Positions 1 to 9,442 of a stretch of 64,000 bases of DNA are shown in pieces. The first letter of the stretch is position 1; each line of letters starts with the position of its first letter. The notes under the pieces were generated by a model. The model did no database searches, was not told the DNA's origin, and worked only from the letters and a program-made list of their open reading frames with translations. Source of the stretch: an uncultured delta proteobacterium. Its GTDB lineage: Bacteria > Desulfobacterota > Binatia > HRBIN30 > BPIQ01. A program made the position numbers and the translations under genes. Location: the NCBI GenBank assembly GCA_963761335.1, contig CAVXGR010000018.1, positions 32,001 to 96,000 on the forward strand, read 5' to 3'.

Positions 1-2
1 GG

Positions 3-182
3 CACGAGGTCGACATTCTGGTGACCGACGCCGTGCGCGCGGCGCTGGACCCCCGCATCCGCGTGCGCGAGCTGCCGCCGGCACGGCTCCGCGGCATTGC
101 CGATCCAGCGGTGATCTACGCCGTCGACGGAATTGCGGAGCCGGCATCCGGCGAAGCGGGGGCGCGCCTAGGCAGTCACTGA
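3..182 (+). CDS. 3' end of a probable adenylate/guanylate cyclase (class III) domain protein, truncated by the window start
   Basis: Manual translation from nt 3: HEVDILVTDAVRAALDPRIRVRELPPARLRGIADPAVIYAV...*; resembles the ILxSxxV...LKGxxxPVxVY tail of class III cyclase domains. Confidence 0.55.
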   Translation, partial: HEVDILVTDAVRAALDPRIRVRELPPARLRGIADPAVIYAVDGIAEPASGEAGARLGSH

Positions 183-301
183 CGGCCTGGATGCCCTTGG
201 TGCCCGCTGTCCTCGGCGCGTCGATCAGGGGCAGCGGGCAGTATATCCTCGCAGCCGTTCACCATTTTTTCGCCCGCGGCAATTGTAACCACTACACATC
301 C

Positions 302-691
302 TCAGGCCGCCTGCCGCAGAGCGGCGGAGCCGGTGTCGGACAGCAGCTCTTCGCGCAGGTGCTCCGGGGAGAGATTCAGCATCTCGCAGATGTTCACGAA
401 TGAGTAGGGCCAGCTGAGGTCGCTCGAGGCCACCCAACTATAGGCCTCCATGTAGAGCCGCTGGCGCTTCGATCTGCGGGCATAGCGATACTTCTGCAGA
501 TCCAGGACGGCCTGCTTGAGGACCTCGAGAGCCAGACGCTGCTCGGCCGTCCGCGCTCTGGTCTTGCTCCACACCTCGTAGAACTGCACGGGCCGTATGG
601 CAGTGGGGGCGAGGATCTCGCCGATGACGATGTCCGTCTCCATCCGCGTTTCGCTGATCGATGCGGTCGCGCCGCCTGATGCTGTCCACAT
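302..691 (-). CDS. Conserved hypothetical small helical protein (129 aa)
   Basis: SD-like GAAGGGAG before the ATG; protein-like composition; motif EQRLALEVLKQAVLDL...WPYSFVNICEMLNL. Confidence 0.75.
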   Translation of the reverse strand: MWTASGGATASISETRMETDIVIGEILAPTAIRPVQFYEVWSKTRARTAEQRLALEVLKQAVLDLQKYRYARRSKRQRLYMEAYSWVASSDLSWPYSFVNICEMLNLSPEHLREELLSDTGSAALRQAA

Positions 692-771
692 GGCTGTTCT
701 CCCTTCGTGCCCGTGTCGGTTTGCCTGGAAGGTCCGGGCCCTCCGCTTTGCGAATGCTCAGGGCAGCCATC

Positions 772-788
772 ACCAAGATCCGGGCCAA
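772..788 (-). promoter_or_regulatory. Possible sigma-54 promoter for the 302-691 gene
   Basis: Minus strand TTGGCCCGGATCTTGGT versus consensus TGGCACG-N4-TTGC; -24 GG intact, -12 element deviant. Confidence 0.3.
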
Positions 789-897
789 CAAGATCCGCTC
801 GGGAACCTGAAGGCACAGGAGTCTCAATCAGCCGAACGCAGAGAAAGAATTACAACCTCGAGGAGCGAGGCGGGGGAGGGCGACCGGCGCCCGCGTT

Positions 898-1449
898 TTA
901 TCCGTCGCAGTGAAGCAGGTGGAGGACGTCGGCGAGCAGGGGAGCCCTGCGGTCCCGCTCCGAGAGGAGCGGGTCGCGCACCGGCCAGGCGATGGCCAGC
1001 TGGGGATCATTCCAGCGAATGCTGATCTCGTCCTCGGGGTCGTAGAAGGCGCTGCACTTGTACTCGATCTCGGCCGACTCACTGACGACGCAGAAGCCGT
1101 GTGCGAAGCCGACGGGCACATAGCACTGCCGGAGGTTTTCCGCCGAGAGAACGACGCCGAACCACTGTGCGAGGGTCGGCGACGCCGGCCGCAGATCGAC
1201 GGTGACGTCGAAGATCTCACCGTGCACGACGCGCACCAGCTTTGCCTGGGGTTGCCGGCACTGGGCGTGCAGGCCGCGCAGAGTGCCGCGCCCGGAGCGC
1301 GAGTGGTTGTCCTGGACGAAGGTGTCGGTGATGCCGCCCTCGGCGTACTTGCGGGCGTGATAGCTCTCGAGGAAGAAGCCGCGGCGGTCGCGATGAACGT
1401 CCGGATCGATGACCATGACCCCGGGCAGGGGGGCGGCGAAGATCTTCAC
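898..1449 (-). CDS. rmlC: dTDP-4-dehydrorhamnose 3,5-epimerase
   Basis: [32 protein letters not shown] motifs; GTG start overlaps the rmlA stop (GTGA). Confidence 0.95.
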   Translation of the reverse strand: MKIFAAPLPGVMVIDPDVHRDRRGFFLESYHARKYAEGGITDTFVQDNHSRSGRGTLRGLHAQCRQPQAKLVRVVHGEIFDVTVDLRPASPTLAQWFGVVLSAENLRQCYVPVGFAHGFCVVSESAEIEYKCSAFYDPEDEISIRWNDPQLAIAWPVRDPLLSERDRRAPLLADVLHLLHCDG

Positions 1450-2318
1450 GGCGCCTGCTCCAGGATCTGGAGCAGGTACTGTCCGTAGGTGCTGCGTTCC
1501 ATGCTGCGGGCCAGGCGCAGCGCCTCGGTGCGGTCGATGTAGCCCATGCGGTAGGCGATCTCCTCGATGCAGGCCACCTTGAGACCCTGGCGCTCCTCGA
1601 TCGCCTGAATGAAGTTGGACGCCTGGAGCAGTGCCTCGTGGGTGCCGGTGTCGAGCCAGGCGATGCCGCGCCCCAGCTTCTCCACCTGCAGCTCGCCGGC
1701 GTGCAGGTAGACCATGTTGAGGTCGGTGATCTCCAGCTCGCCGCGTGCCGACGGCCGCAGCGTCGAGGCGATGTCGGCGGCGCGGCCGTCGTAGAAGTAG
1801 AGGCCGGTCACCGCATAGGACGATTTCGGCTGGGCGGGCTTCTCCTCGAGGCCGCGGGCGCGACCCTCGGCGTCGAACTCGACGACCCCGTAGCGCTGTG
1901 GATCGCGCACCGGATAGCCGAAGACGGTGGCGCCGTGCCCTCTGCCGGCGGCGCGCCGCAGATAGTCCGCCAGCCCGTGGCCGTAGAAGAGATTGTCTCC
2001 CAGGGCCAGGGCGACCCCGGAGCCGCCGATGAACTCGCGGCCGATGATCAGCGCCTGGGCGATGCCCTCCGGTCGCTCCTGCACCGCGTAGCGGAACTGC
2101 ATGCCGAGGGCCGTGCCGTCGCCGAGGAGCCGGCGGAAGGACTCCTGCTCCGCGGGCGTGGTGATCACCAGGATCTCCCGAATCCCGGCGAGCATCAGCG
2201 TCGACAGCGGATAGTAGACCATCGGCTTGTCGTAGATGGGCACGAGGTGCTTGCTGACGGCGCGCGTCAGGGGAAAAAGGCGGGTCCCCGAACCCCCGGC
2301 GAGAATGATCCCCTTCAT
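1446..2318 (-). CDS. rmlA: Glucose-1-phosphate thymidylyltransferase
   Basis: [49 protein letters not shown] motifs. Confidence 0.97.
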   Translation of the reverse strand: MKGIILAGGSGTRLFPLTRAVSKHLVPIYDKPMVYYPLSTLMLAGIREILVITTPAEQESFRRLLGDGTALGMQFRYAVQERPEGIAQALIIGREFIGGSGVALALGDNLFYGHGLADYLRRAAGRGHGATVFGYPVRDPQRYGVVEFDAEGRARGLEEKPAQPKSSYAVTGLYFYDGRAADIASTLRPSARGELEITDLNMVYLHAGELQVEKLGRGIAWLDTGTHEALLQASNFIQAIEERQGLKVACIEEIAYRMGYIDRTEALRLARSMERSTYGQYLLQILEQAP

Positions 2319-2397
2319 CGCTGTCTCCGTCTCTCGCGCCCGCTTGCGGCGGCCGAACATACCGCGAACCGGCCCCCGGCGCCAAATCGCCCGACGG

Positions 2398-4713
2398 CTA
2401 CTTGGGCGCGCCGTCGATCTGGAGCTCGTCGTCGTCGACCGGGAGAACGAAGCGAAAGATCGTGCCGCCCTCCGGGTTGGGCTCACAGGTGAGGCTACCG
2501 CCGTGGGTTTCGACGATGGAGCGGCAGATGGAGAGGCCGATTCCGAGCCCCTCCTGCTTGGTGGTGACGAAGGCGTCGAACAGCGTCGAGGTGACCTCGG
2601 CGGAGACTCCGGGGCCGTTGTCGGCCACGACCACCTCGAGCCCCTCTTTCGAGAGCGCCGTTCGCACCGTCAGGCGCGCCTGCAGCGGCTCGCCGGCCAC
2701 TGCCTCGATGCCGTTGCGCAACAGGTTGAGCACGACCTGCTCGATCTGGATGCCGTCGACACGTACGGCGGGCAGCGCGCCGGCCAGCTCGAGCTTCAGG
2801 CGGATGTCGTGACGCCGCGCCTCTTCCTGGACGAAGCGCACGGCCTCCTCGACCAGCTGATTGAGGTTCACCCATTCCCGGTGCGATTCTCCCTTGCGCA
2901 CGAAGCTGCGAATGCGGCGGATGATCTCGCTGGCCCGCAGCGCCTGCGAGGATATCTGCTCGAGGGCTTCGAAGATCCTGTCGGGGCTGCCGGTGCCGGC
3001 CCGCAGGCGCCGCTCGCAGCCCTTGGCGTAGCTGACGATCGCGGAGAGTGGGTTGTTGACCTCGTGGGCGAAGGCGGCGGCCATCTCCCCCATGGTGCGC
3101 AGGCGCAGGAAATGCGCCAGCTCCGCCTGCCGGCGCTGGGCTTCCGCTTCCGCCTGCTTGCGCCGGCTGATGTCGCTGAGCGAGCCGGCCATGCGGTGCG
3201 GCTGCCCGTCGGCGCGGCGGATGCACAGGCCGCGGGCGAGCATCCAGCGGTAGTCACCGTCCTTGTGGCGCAGCCGGTGCTCACTGCGGTAGTCGGCGGC
3301 GCGTCCCTCGAGGTGGGCCTGGATGTCGGCGACGGCGCGGGCGTGGTCGTCCGGGTGGACGCGCGAGCGCCAGGCCTCGACGTGCGGCTCGATCTCGTCG
3401 TCGGCGTGCCCCAGCAGGGCCTTCCAGCGGGGCGAGAAGTACACCTCGTCGGTCTCGATGTTCCAGTCCCAGAGCCCGTCGTTGGCTCCGGCGACCGCCA
3501 GGGCAAAGCGCTCCTCGCTGATGCGCAGCGCCTCTTCGAACTGGCGTCGCTCGGTGACGTCGCGGGTGTTGACGATGATGCCCTGCACCGCCGGCTCGTG
3601 CAGGAGGTTGGTGGCGATGTTCTCGAGCCAGCGGATCGAGCCGTCGCGGTGGCGGTAGCGGAAGCACGCGTGGCGGGTTTCGCCCGGATGCTGCATCATC
3701 TCGGCGATGATCTGCCGGGCCGCAGCGACGTCGTCCTCGTGCAGGAGACCGAAGGCGTCGGTACCGATGATCCTCTCGCTGGGATAGCCGAGCATGTCTT
3801 CGATCGCCGGGCCCATGTAGCTCACCTTCGCCTGGGCGTCGATCAGCACGATCAGGTCCGTGCTCTTCTCGATGAGGGCGCGGAAGCGCTTCTCGCTCTC
3901 GCGCATCGCTTCCGCGGTCTGCTTGATCTCGGTGACGTCGAAAGCGGTGCCGAGCACCGCCGATTCTCCCTGGAAGCGAATGACTCCGGCGCTGAAGCTC
4001 ACCCAGCGCACCCCGCCCGTCTTGGTGACGATCTTCACGTCGTAGGTGGCGGGCACCTCCTCGCCGCGCTGCCGGGCCAGGCCGCGCTCGCGCACCAGGT
4101 CGCGAAAGTCCGGGTGAATGACGTTCCAGAAGGTCATGGCCTCGAGCTCTTCGCGGCTGTACCCGGTGATGCTCTCCGCCGCCGGGTTGGCGTAGCGCAT
4201 CTCGGTCCCCTGGAAGATGAAGATGGCGGTGGCCACGGTCTCGGCGAGAGTGCGGAACTTGGCTTCGTTCTCGCGCAGCGCCGAGTCGGCGAGGCGGCGC
4301 GCGGTGACGTCGCGCGCCGTGGCGAGGACGCACTCGATGCCGGGAAGCGAGACGTAGCTGGCGGTGATGTCGACGGGAAAGCGGCTGCCGTCCTTGCGCC
4401 GGTGCTCGGTCTCGACCACGCTCGGCTCGCCCGGGTGCTCCTTCAACGCCTGCCAGCGAGAGCGCCAGCGCTCCGTGGTGATCGCCTCGTCGATGTCGTT
4501 CAGGAATTTCGTCAGCAGCTCGGCGCGCGGATAACCGAGGGCGCGACAGGCGGCCGTGTTCACGTAGAGGAGGCGGCCGTCACTGCCGATCCAGAAGGTG
4601 GGATCGGCGGCGTGGTCGAGAAAGAGCTGCGTCAGCTGCAGCCCTTCGCTCCATTCCCCACTCGGCTCGCTCGCCTGTATGCCGGCGGTGCGGCTGCTCA
4701 CCCTGGACCCCAC
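2398..4713 (-). CDS. Cytoplasmic sensor histidine kinase with four PAS/PAC domains (FixL/TtrS-like kinase core)
   Basis: Four PAS repeats ending in DVTxR/DISRR; H-box AHEVNNPL; N-box [15 protein letters not shown] and GLGIGLSIC; start codon uncertain. Confidence 0.92.
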   Translation of the reverse strand: MGSRVSSRTAGIQASEPSGEWSEGLQLTQLFLDHAADPTFWIGSDGRLLYVNTAACRALGYPRAELLTKFLNDIDEAITTERWRSRWQALKEHPGEPSVVETEHRRKDGSRFPVDITASYVSLPGIECVLATARDVTARRLADSALRENEAKFRTLAETVATAIFIFQGTEMRYANPAAESITGYSREELEAMTFWNVIHPDFRDLVRERGLARQRGEEVPATYDVKIVTKTGGVRWVSFSAGVIRFQGESAVLGTAFDVTEIKQTAEAMRESEKRFRALIEKSTDLIVLIDAQAKVSYMGPAIEDMLGYPSERIIGTDAFGLLHEDDVAAARQIIAEMMQHPGETRHACFRYRHRDGSIRWLENIATNLLHEPAVQGIIVNTRDVTERRQFEEALRISEERFALAVAGANDGLWDWNIETDEVYFSPRWKALLGHADDEIEPHVEAWRSRVHPDDHARAVADIQAHLEGRAADYRSEHRLRHKDGDYRWMLARGLCIRRADGQPHRMAGSLSDISRRKQAEAEAQRRQAELAHFLRLRTMGEMAAAFAHEVNNPLSAIVSYAKGCERRLRAGTGSPDRIFEALEQISSQALRASEIIRRIRSFVRKGESHREWVNLNQLVEEAVRFVQEEARRHDIRLKLELAGALPAVRVDGIQIEQVVLNLLRNGIEAVAGEPLQARLTVRTALSKEGLEVVVADNGPGVSAEVTSTLFDAFVTTKQEGLGIGLSICRSIVETHGGSLTCEPNPEGGTIFRFVLPVDDDELQIDGAPK

Positions 4714-4749
4714 TCCCTGCCAGCTCTGCCTCGCCGCTGTCCCGCGGCC

Positions 4750-4974
4750 TCAGGCGATGATGGAGATTCGCCACTGCTGCGCGTCGACGGCGGCGACCTC
4801 GTCGACCACCCATCCCTGGGCTTCAGCCGCCCGGGGGATGTCGCGCACTCCCTTGGGATCGTCGAGGATCAGAACCAGGGGGGTGCCCGCCGGCAGCTGC
4901 TCCAGGCGCACCTTGGCCCGCGCCCAGTTGAGCGGGCAGCGAACGCCCCGTAGGTCTATCCTCTCCGGCTGCAT
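4750..4974 (-). CDS. TusA/SirA-family sulfur-carrier protein
   Basis: IDLRGVRCPLN motif, 74 aa, ILDDP...DIP. Confidence 0.88.
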   Translation of the reverse strand: MQPERIDLRGVRCPLNWARAKVRLEQLPAGTPLVLILDDPKGVRDIPRAAEAQGWVVDEVAAVDAQQWRISIIA

Positions 4975-5108
4975 GTGACGTCCTGTTCATCCCCGTCGAA
5001 CACCCTGCTATAGTCGCCGCCAGCTTCGCTAAAGTCAAAGCCGCTGGGGCGCTGGCCGGGCGCGTGAGACCCCGGTGAGATCCTGTCCGCTCTCGTGAGA
5101 TCCGTCTG

Positions 5109-7085
5109 ATGGAACGCTACACTCTGCGCCGCGAGTCGGTGCCGCCGCGGCAAGCGCAATACCGCATCGACTACGCCGAGGCCCTCAACCCGGCGCAGCT
5201 GGAGGCCGTCACCGCGGTCGAGGGGCCGGTGCTGGTGGTTGCCGGCGCCGGCAGCGGCAAGACGCGGACGCTGGTCTACCGGGTCGCCCGGCTGGTCGAG
5301 AGCGGCGTCGACCCCGGCCACATTCTCCTGCTCACCTTCACCCGCAAGGCGGCCGGCGAGATGCTGCGCCGCGCCAGCCGGCTGCTCGACGGGCGCTGCG
5401 AGCGGGTCGCCGGCGGCACCTTCCATTCCTTCGCCAACAACGTCTTGCGGCGGCACGGCGACGCCATCGGGCTGAACCGCGCCTTCACCATCCTCGATCG
5501 GGGCGACGCGGAGGACGTGATCAACCTGCTGCGCGCCGAGCGGGGGCTCGACCGCAAGGACAGACGCTTCCCGCGCAAGCAGGCGATTGCCGAGATCTTC
5601 AGCATGGCGGTGAACAAATCGCGACGGCTCGAGGACCTGCTCGAGGACGAGTACATCCATCTGCTCGACCACGGCGAGGATCTGGCGCAGCTGCAGCAGA
5701 GGTACGCCGCCTACAAGGCGGAGCAGCAGCTCTTGGATTACGACGATCTCCTTCTCCATCTGCGGCGCCTCCTGCTCGAGGCGGAGCCGGTGCGCCAGCG
5801 TCTCGGGCAGCAGTACCGCTATCTGATGGTGGACGAGTATCAGGACACCAACCGATTGCAGGCCGAGATCGTGCGCCTGCTCGCCTGCGGCCACGACAAC
5901 GTCATGGCGGTTGGCGACGACGCGCAGAGCATCTACTCGTTCCGCGGCGCCGATTTTCGCAACATCATGGAGTTTCCGGCGCTGTTCGCCGGCACCCGCA
6001 TCATCACCCTGGAGGAGAACTACCGCAGTACCCAGTCGATTCTCGACGTCACCAACGCCATCATCGAGCGCGCCCGCGAGCGCTATACCAAGAAGCTGTT
6101 CACCCGCCGCCCCGGAGGGACGCCGCCGCTGCTGGTGGCCGGCGACGAGGAGCAGCATCAGTCGCGCTTCGTCTGCCAACGCATCCTCGAGCTGCGCGAG
6201 GAGGGAGTGCCGCTGCACGAGATCGCCGTGCTCTTTCGCTCCAGCTTCCATTCGTTCGATCTCGAGATCGAGCTGGCGCGCTGCGACATCCCCTTCGTCA
6301 AGCGCGGCGGTTTCAAGTTCATCGAGACGGCGCACATCAAGGACGTCCTGGCGCACCTGCGGGTGCTGGCGAACCCGCGCGACGCGGTCTCCTGGCACCG
6401 CATTCTCCTGCTGCTCGATGGCATCGGGCCGCGCACCAGCGAGGCCCTGGTGCGCGTCCTGCGCGAGTCGCCGGACGCGCCCACCGCTCTCGAGCAGGGC
6501 GGCGTCCGCGGCAACGCCGTCGAGGTGCGGGCTCTGGCGGACCTGCTGCGGCGCCTGTCGTCGATCGGCGCGCCGGGGGAGCAGCTGTCGCTGGTCCTGC
6601 GCTACTACGAGCCTCTGCTCAAGCGCGCCTACAGAGAGGACTATCCGAAGCGGCAGCGCGATCTCGAGCAGTTCTCGGTGATCGCGGCGCGCTATCAGAG
6701 CCTCGAAGCGCTGCTCTCCGACATGGCTCTCGAGCCGCCCGGAGACAGCGTCGGCGACGTGCTGGCCGCGGATGCCGACGACGAGGGGGCGCTGACCCTG
6801 TCGACCATCCATTCCGCCAAGGGCCTCGAGTGGCACACCGTTTTCGTCATCTGGGTCGTCGACGGCCGCTTTCCCTCGCTGTACAGCGTCAACGACGAGG
6901 AGGCGCTCGAGGAGGAACGGCGCCTCCTCTACGTCGCCGCCACCCGCGCCAAGGACCATCTCCACCTCACCTATCCGATGCGCGTCTTCGACCGCGCCTC
7001 GGGGATGGTCCTCGGCAGGCCTTCGCGCTTCGTCGACGACATCCCCGCGGAGCTGCTGAAGGCGGTGATGCTGGTGGAAGGCTGA
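5109..7085 (+). CDS. UvrD/PcrA/Rep superfamily 1 DNA helicase
   Basis: LNPAQ, AGAGSGKT, LTFTRKAA, VDEYQDTN, VGDDAQSIYSFRGA, LEENYRS, STIHSAKGLEW, EERRLLYVAATRAK. Confidence 0.96.
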   Translation: MERYTLRRESVPPRQAQYRIDYAEALNPAQLEAVTAVEGPVLVVAGAGSGKTRTLVYRVARLVESGVDPGHILLLTFTRKAAGEMLRRASRLLDGRCERVAGGTFHSFANNVLRRHGDAIGLNRAFTILDRGDAEDVINLLRAERGLDRKDRRFPRKQAIAEIFSMAVNKSRRLEDLLEDEYIHLLDHGEDLAQLQQRYAAYKAEQQLLDYDDLLLHLRRLLLEAEPVRQRLGQQYRYLMVDEYQDTNRLQAEIVRLLACGHDNVMAVGDDAQSIYSFRGADFRNIMEFPALFAGTRIITLEENYRSTQSILDVTNAIIERARERYTKKLFTRRPGGTPPLLVAGDEEQHQSRFVCQRILELREEGVPLHEIAVLFRSSFHSFDLEIELARCDIPFVKRGGFKFIETAHIKDVLAHLRVLANPRDAVSWHRILLLLDGIGPRTSEALVRVLRESPDAPTALEQGGVRGNAVEVRALADLLRRLSSIGAPGEQLSLVLRYYEPLLKRAYREDYPKRQRDLEQFSVIAARYQSLEALLSDMALEPPGDSVGDVLAADADDEGALTLSTIHSAKGLEWHTVFVIWVVDGRFPSLYSVNDEEALEEERRLLYVAATRAKDHLHLTYPMRVFDRASGMVLGRPSRFVDDIPAELLKAVMLVEG

Positions 7086-7095
7086 CGAACGGCCA

Positions 7096-7149
7096 GAGTA
7101 GAAGCGGCGTCTCGCCGCTTCCGCAAGCGCCGAGGCGGCGCTTCTACTC
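7096..7149. repeat. REP-like inverted doublet, family A copy 1
   Basis: GAGTAGAAGCGGCGTCTCGCCGCTT...AAGCGCCGAGGCGGCGCTTCTACTC; GTAG-headed units each with an internal hairpin. Confidence 0.85.
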
Positions 7150-7181
7150 GGCGCCGCTTCGTGCCATATCGCAGGGGCCTC

Positions 7182-9233
7182 ATGAGAGCCTGGACCGTAG
7201 ATGCGGACGACATCCGCGTCGCCGAGGATTTCGATGATTCCCTGCTGCACCGCACTCCCGAGATCGACGACTTCCTCCGCGAGGATCGGGACGACAAGTT
7301 CGTCGTCATCGGCACCAAGGGCTTCGGCAAGACCCTGCTGCTGAAGGCGAAGCGCGTTCTCTACCAGCGCGAGGGCCGCGCCGTCTGCCTGCCGGACGGC
7401 AATCTCCTCGACAAGCCGATCGGCGACAAGATCTTCGGGCAGGAGGCGCTCCAGCTCTTCGCCTCTTCGCCGCTGTGGTGGTCGAAGGTGTGGCTCACCG
7501 CCATCGCCGTCGCCCTCCTCAAGCGGCTGGATCTGGCGGGCGGCCTCGGCGACGTCAGCCCCAAGCTCAAGGCGCTGATCGCCGACGATCATCTGCTGGG
7601 CGTGATCGACCACTTCGTTCGCCTTCTCGACTTCACTCCGGGCGATCTGCAGCGCTGCGCCACCGACACCGACGGGCACCTGGTACCGCGCCTGCGCGCC
7701 GTGAGCCGGCCGGTCGCGGTGTTCCTCGACGGCATCGACGAGTACTTCAACAAGCACATCGAAAGCCTCGGCAGCCGGGCGAGCGCCGTCGGGCAGCTTT
7801 CGCCCGAGATCTGGTACTACTCGCAGCTCGGCCTGGTGGAGATCGGCTACCAGCTCCGGCGCATCAACCACCACATCAAGATCTTCGCGGCGGTGCGCAA
7901 GGAGGCCTATGCCCGCCTGCGGCAGAGCACCGCCATGTGGCTCCAGTACCGCGGCAGCGCCGTGGACGTGGCCTACTCGATCGACGCGCTGCGCGAGATC
8001 TTCATCAACAACATCCGGCGCGAATCGGCGCAGCGGCTGGTGCGGCCCGATCGCCTGAAGGCGAACCCGATCGAGGCCTTCCTCGGCGCCGCGCGGGTCA
8101 CCCACACCTACACGCGCGAAGGCGAGGACGCCTTCGAGTACCTCTGCCGGCACACGCTCCTGCGGCCGCGCGATCTGATGACCATCGGCCAGCGCCTCTC
8201 GTCGGTGCCGCCGGCGGAGCGACTCGCCGAGGAGCGCCTCAAGCAGGTCGTCAACGAGACCTCGAACGAGATTGCGCACGAGTACCTCCGCGAGATCGCG
8301 CCCTACCTGGGCGCCCTCGACGTCGAGGGCATGCTGCGCCGCTTGCCGGGTCGAACCCTCACCTGCAACGAGGTCGAGGACCTCTTCGTCGAGCACAATG
8401 CGCACTCCGCCCCGGGCGACGAGCAGCACGTCTTCTGCGCCCTCTACAAGACCGGCCTCCTCGGCTACGTGCAGCACGACCGGGTCCGCGGCCAGAAGGT
8501 GCAGCGCTTCCTCCGCCCGGGCGAGGGCACCTTCGAGCCGGACGGGGTGCTGCCGCGCTCGACGCACTACGTCGTGCACCCGGTCCTCTCGGAGCTGATC
8601 ACGCGGCTCAACCCGCGCTATCTCGAGCGCGACGACCGCCTGAACGTGGTCGGCTACGATCGGCCCTGGCGGGACGCCGGCGAGCCGCAGGACGACGCCG
8701 AGATCGAGCCCCTGTGTGTGCTCAAGGGCGATATCGATGGATTCGGCGAGATGATGCGGCTCGGCACCGATGGCCCGGTACACGACGGCCTCGAGCGCAT
8801 CGTCGAGGAGACGGCGGCTCGCGCCCTCTACCGCGAGGTCCGCGGCGGCGACTCCGTGGTCGTGGTCCACGACGACCCCGTGGCGCTCACCCGCATGGCG
8901 GGACGGATCATCGACGAGGTCTACAGCATCGAGGGCCAGCCGCGGCTGCGCATCGCCCTGCACTGCGGCGAGGTGCGCATCCGCCGCCGCGGGGACAAGG
9001 CGCCGCTGGTCGAGGGCGGCGAGGCGCTGCTCTGGGCGGCGCGCGTCGAGATCTGCGTCGAGCCGGGAGAGATCTGGGCCACCGAGCAGTTTCGCGACGA
9101 GCTGCTGAAGAAGCCGTCGCTCTTCCGCACCACGCCGATCCCCGGCCCCGACGGCGCCGAACGCTTCAACGTGCGCAAGGAGAGCTCGCGCGAGCCGGAC
9201 ATGTGGGTGCGGTTGTATCGGGTGGGCTTCTGA
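7182..9233 (+). CDS. P-loop ATPase (Sll1717/FunZ-like) fused to a C-terminal class III nucleotide-cyclase-like domain
   Basis: Walker A GTKGFGKT, Walker B VFLDGIDE, RHTLLRPRD, LYKTGLLG...HP; C-terminus LKGDIDGF, GGDSVVVV, RIALHCGEV, AARVE, PGEIWATE. Confidence 0.8.
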   Translation: MRAWTVDADDIRVAEDFDDSLLHRTPEIDDFLREDRDDKFVVIGTKGFGKTLLLKAKRVLYQREGRAVCLPDGNLLDKPIGDKIFGQEALQLFASSPLWWSKVWLTAIAVALLKRLDLAGGLGDVSPKLKALIADDHLLGVIDHFVRLLDFTPGDLQRCATDTDGHLVPRLRAVSRPVAVFLDGIDEYFNKHIESLGSRASAVGQLSPEIWYYSQLGLVEIGYQLRRINHHIKIFAAVRKEAYARLRQSTAMWLQYRGSAVDVAYSIDALREIFINNIRRESAQRLVRPDRLKANPIEAFLGAARVTHTYTREGEDAFEYLCRHTLLRPRDLMTIGQRLSSVPPAERLAEERLKQVVNETSNEIAHEYLREIAPYLGALDVEGMLRRLPGRTLTCNEVEDLFVEHNAHSAPGDEQHVFCALYKTGLLGYVQHDRVRGQKVQRFLRPGEGTFEPDGVLPRSTHYVVHPVLSELITRLNPRYLERDDRLNVVGYDRPWRDAGEPQDDAEIEPLCVLKGDIDGFGEMMRLGTDGPVHDGLERIVEETAARALYREVRGGDSVVVVHDDPVALTRMAGRIIDEVYSIEGQPRLRIALHCGEVRIRRRGDKAPLVEGGEALLWAARVEICVEPGEIWATEQFRDELLKKPSLFRTTPIPGPDGAERFNVRKESSREPDMWVRLYRVGF

Positions 9234-9434
9234 GCGGGGATGAGGAGAATGCAAAAGAGAATGAAAAATGGATAACCGGTGACCGGTGATGGAGAACTGG
9301 CAAACGATTGGAAAGCCGGGGGCGAGCTCCCGATGATCCTTCGAATCATTCACCGGTTCTTCATCACCGGTCACCGGTTCTTCATTCTACATTCTCCCTG
9401 AACGCTCCTTACTCCAACGCCTCGACACCCAGCA
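9224..9434. repeat. Direct-repeat copy 1 containing a long imperfect inverted repeat (GAGAATG/ACCGGTG units)
   Basis: Arms at about 9257-9300 and 9352-9397 pair around a ~50-nt spacer; start and end segments match 14308-14418. Confidence 0.8.
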
Positions 9435-9442
9435 GCTCGTTA

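Noticed and set aside
5109..9233. UvrD plus ATPase as a Gabija-like defence pair
   Set aside because: The ATPase has no ABC/OLD-TOPRIM features, the helicase looks like a full-length housekeeping UvrD/PcrA, and a REP doublet separates them; a functional link is unsupported
4956..9374. 1472-aa minus-strand ORF, and similar giant ORFs at 2236-4953, 10142-14338, 23085-25667 and 60355-63867
   Set aside because: Antisense shadows of well-supported genes; high-GC codon bias suppresses stops on the opposite strand and the translations have no motifs
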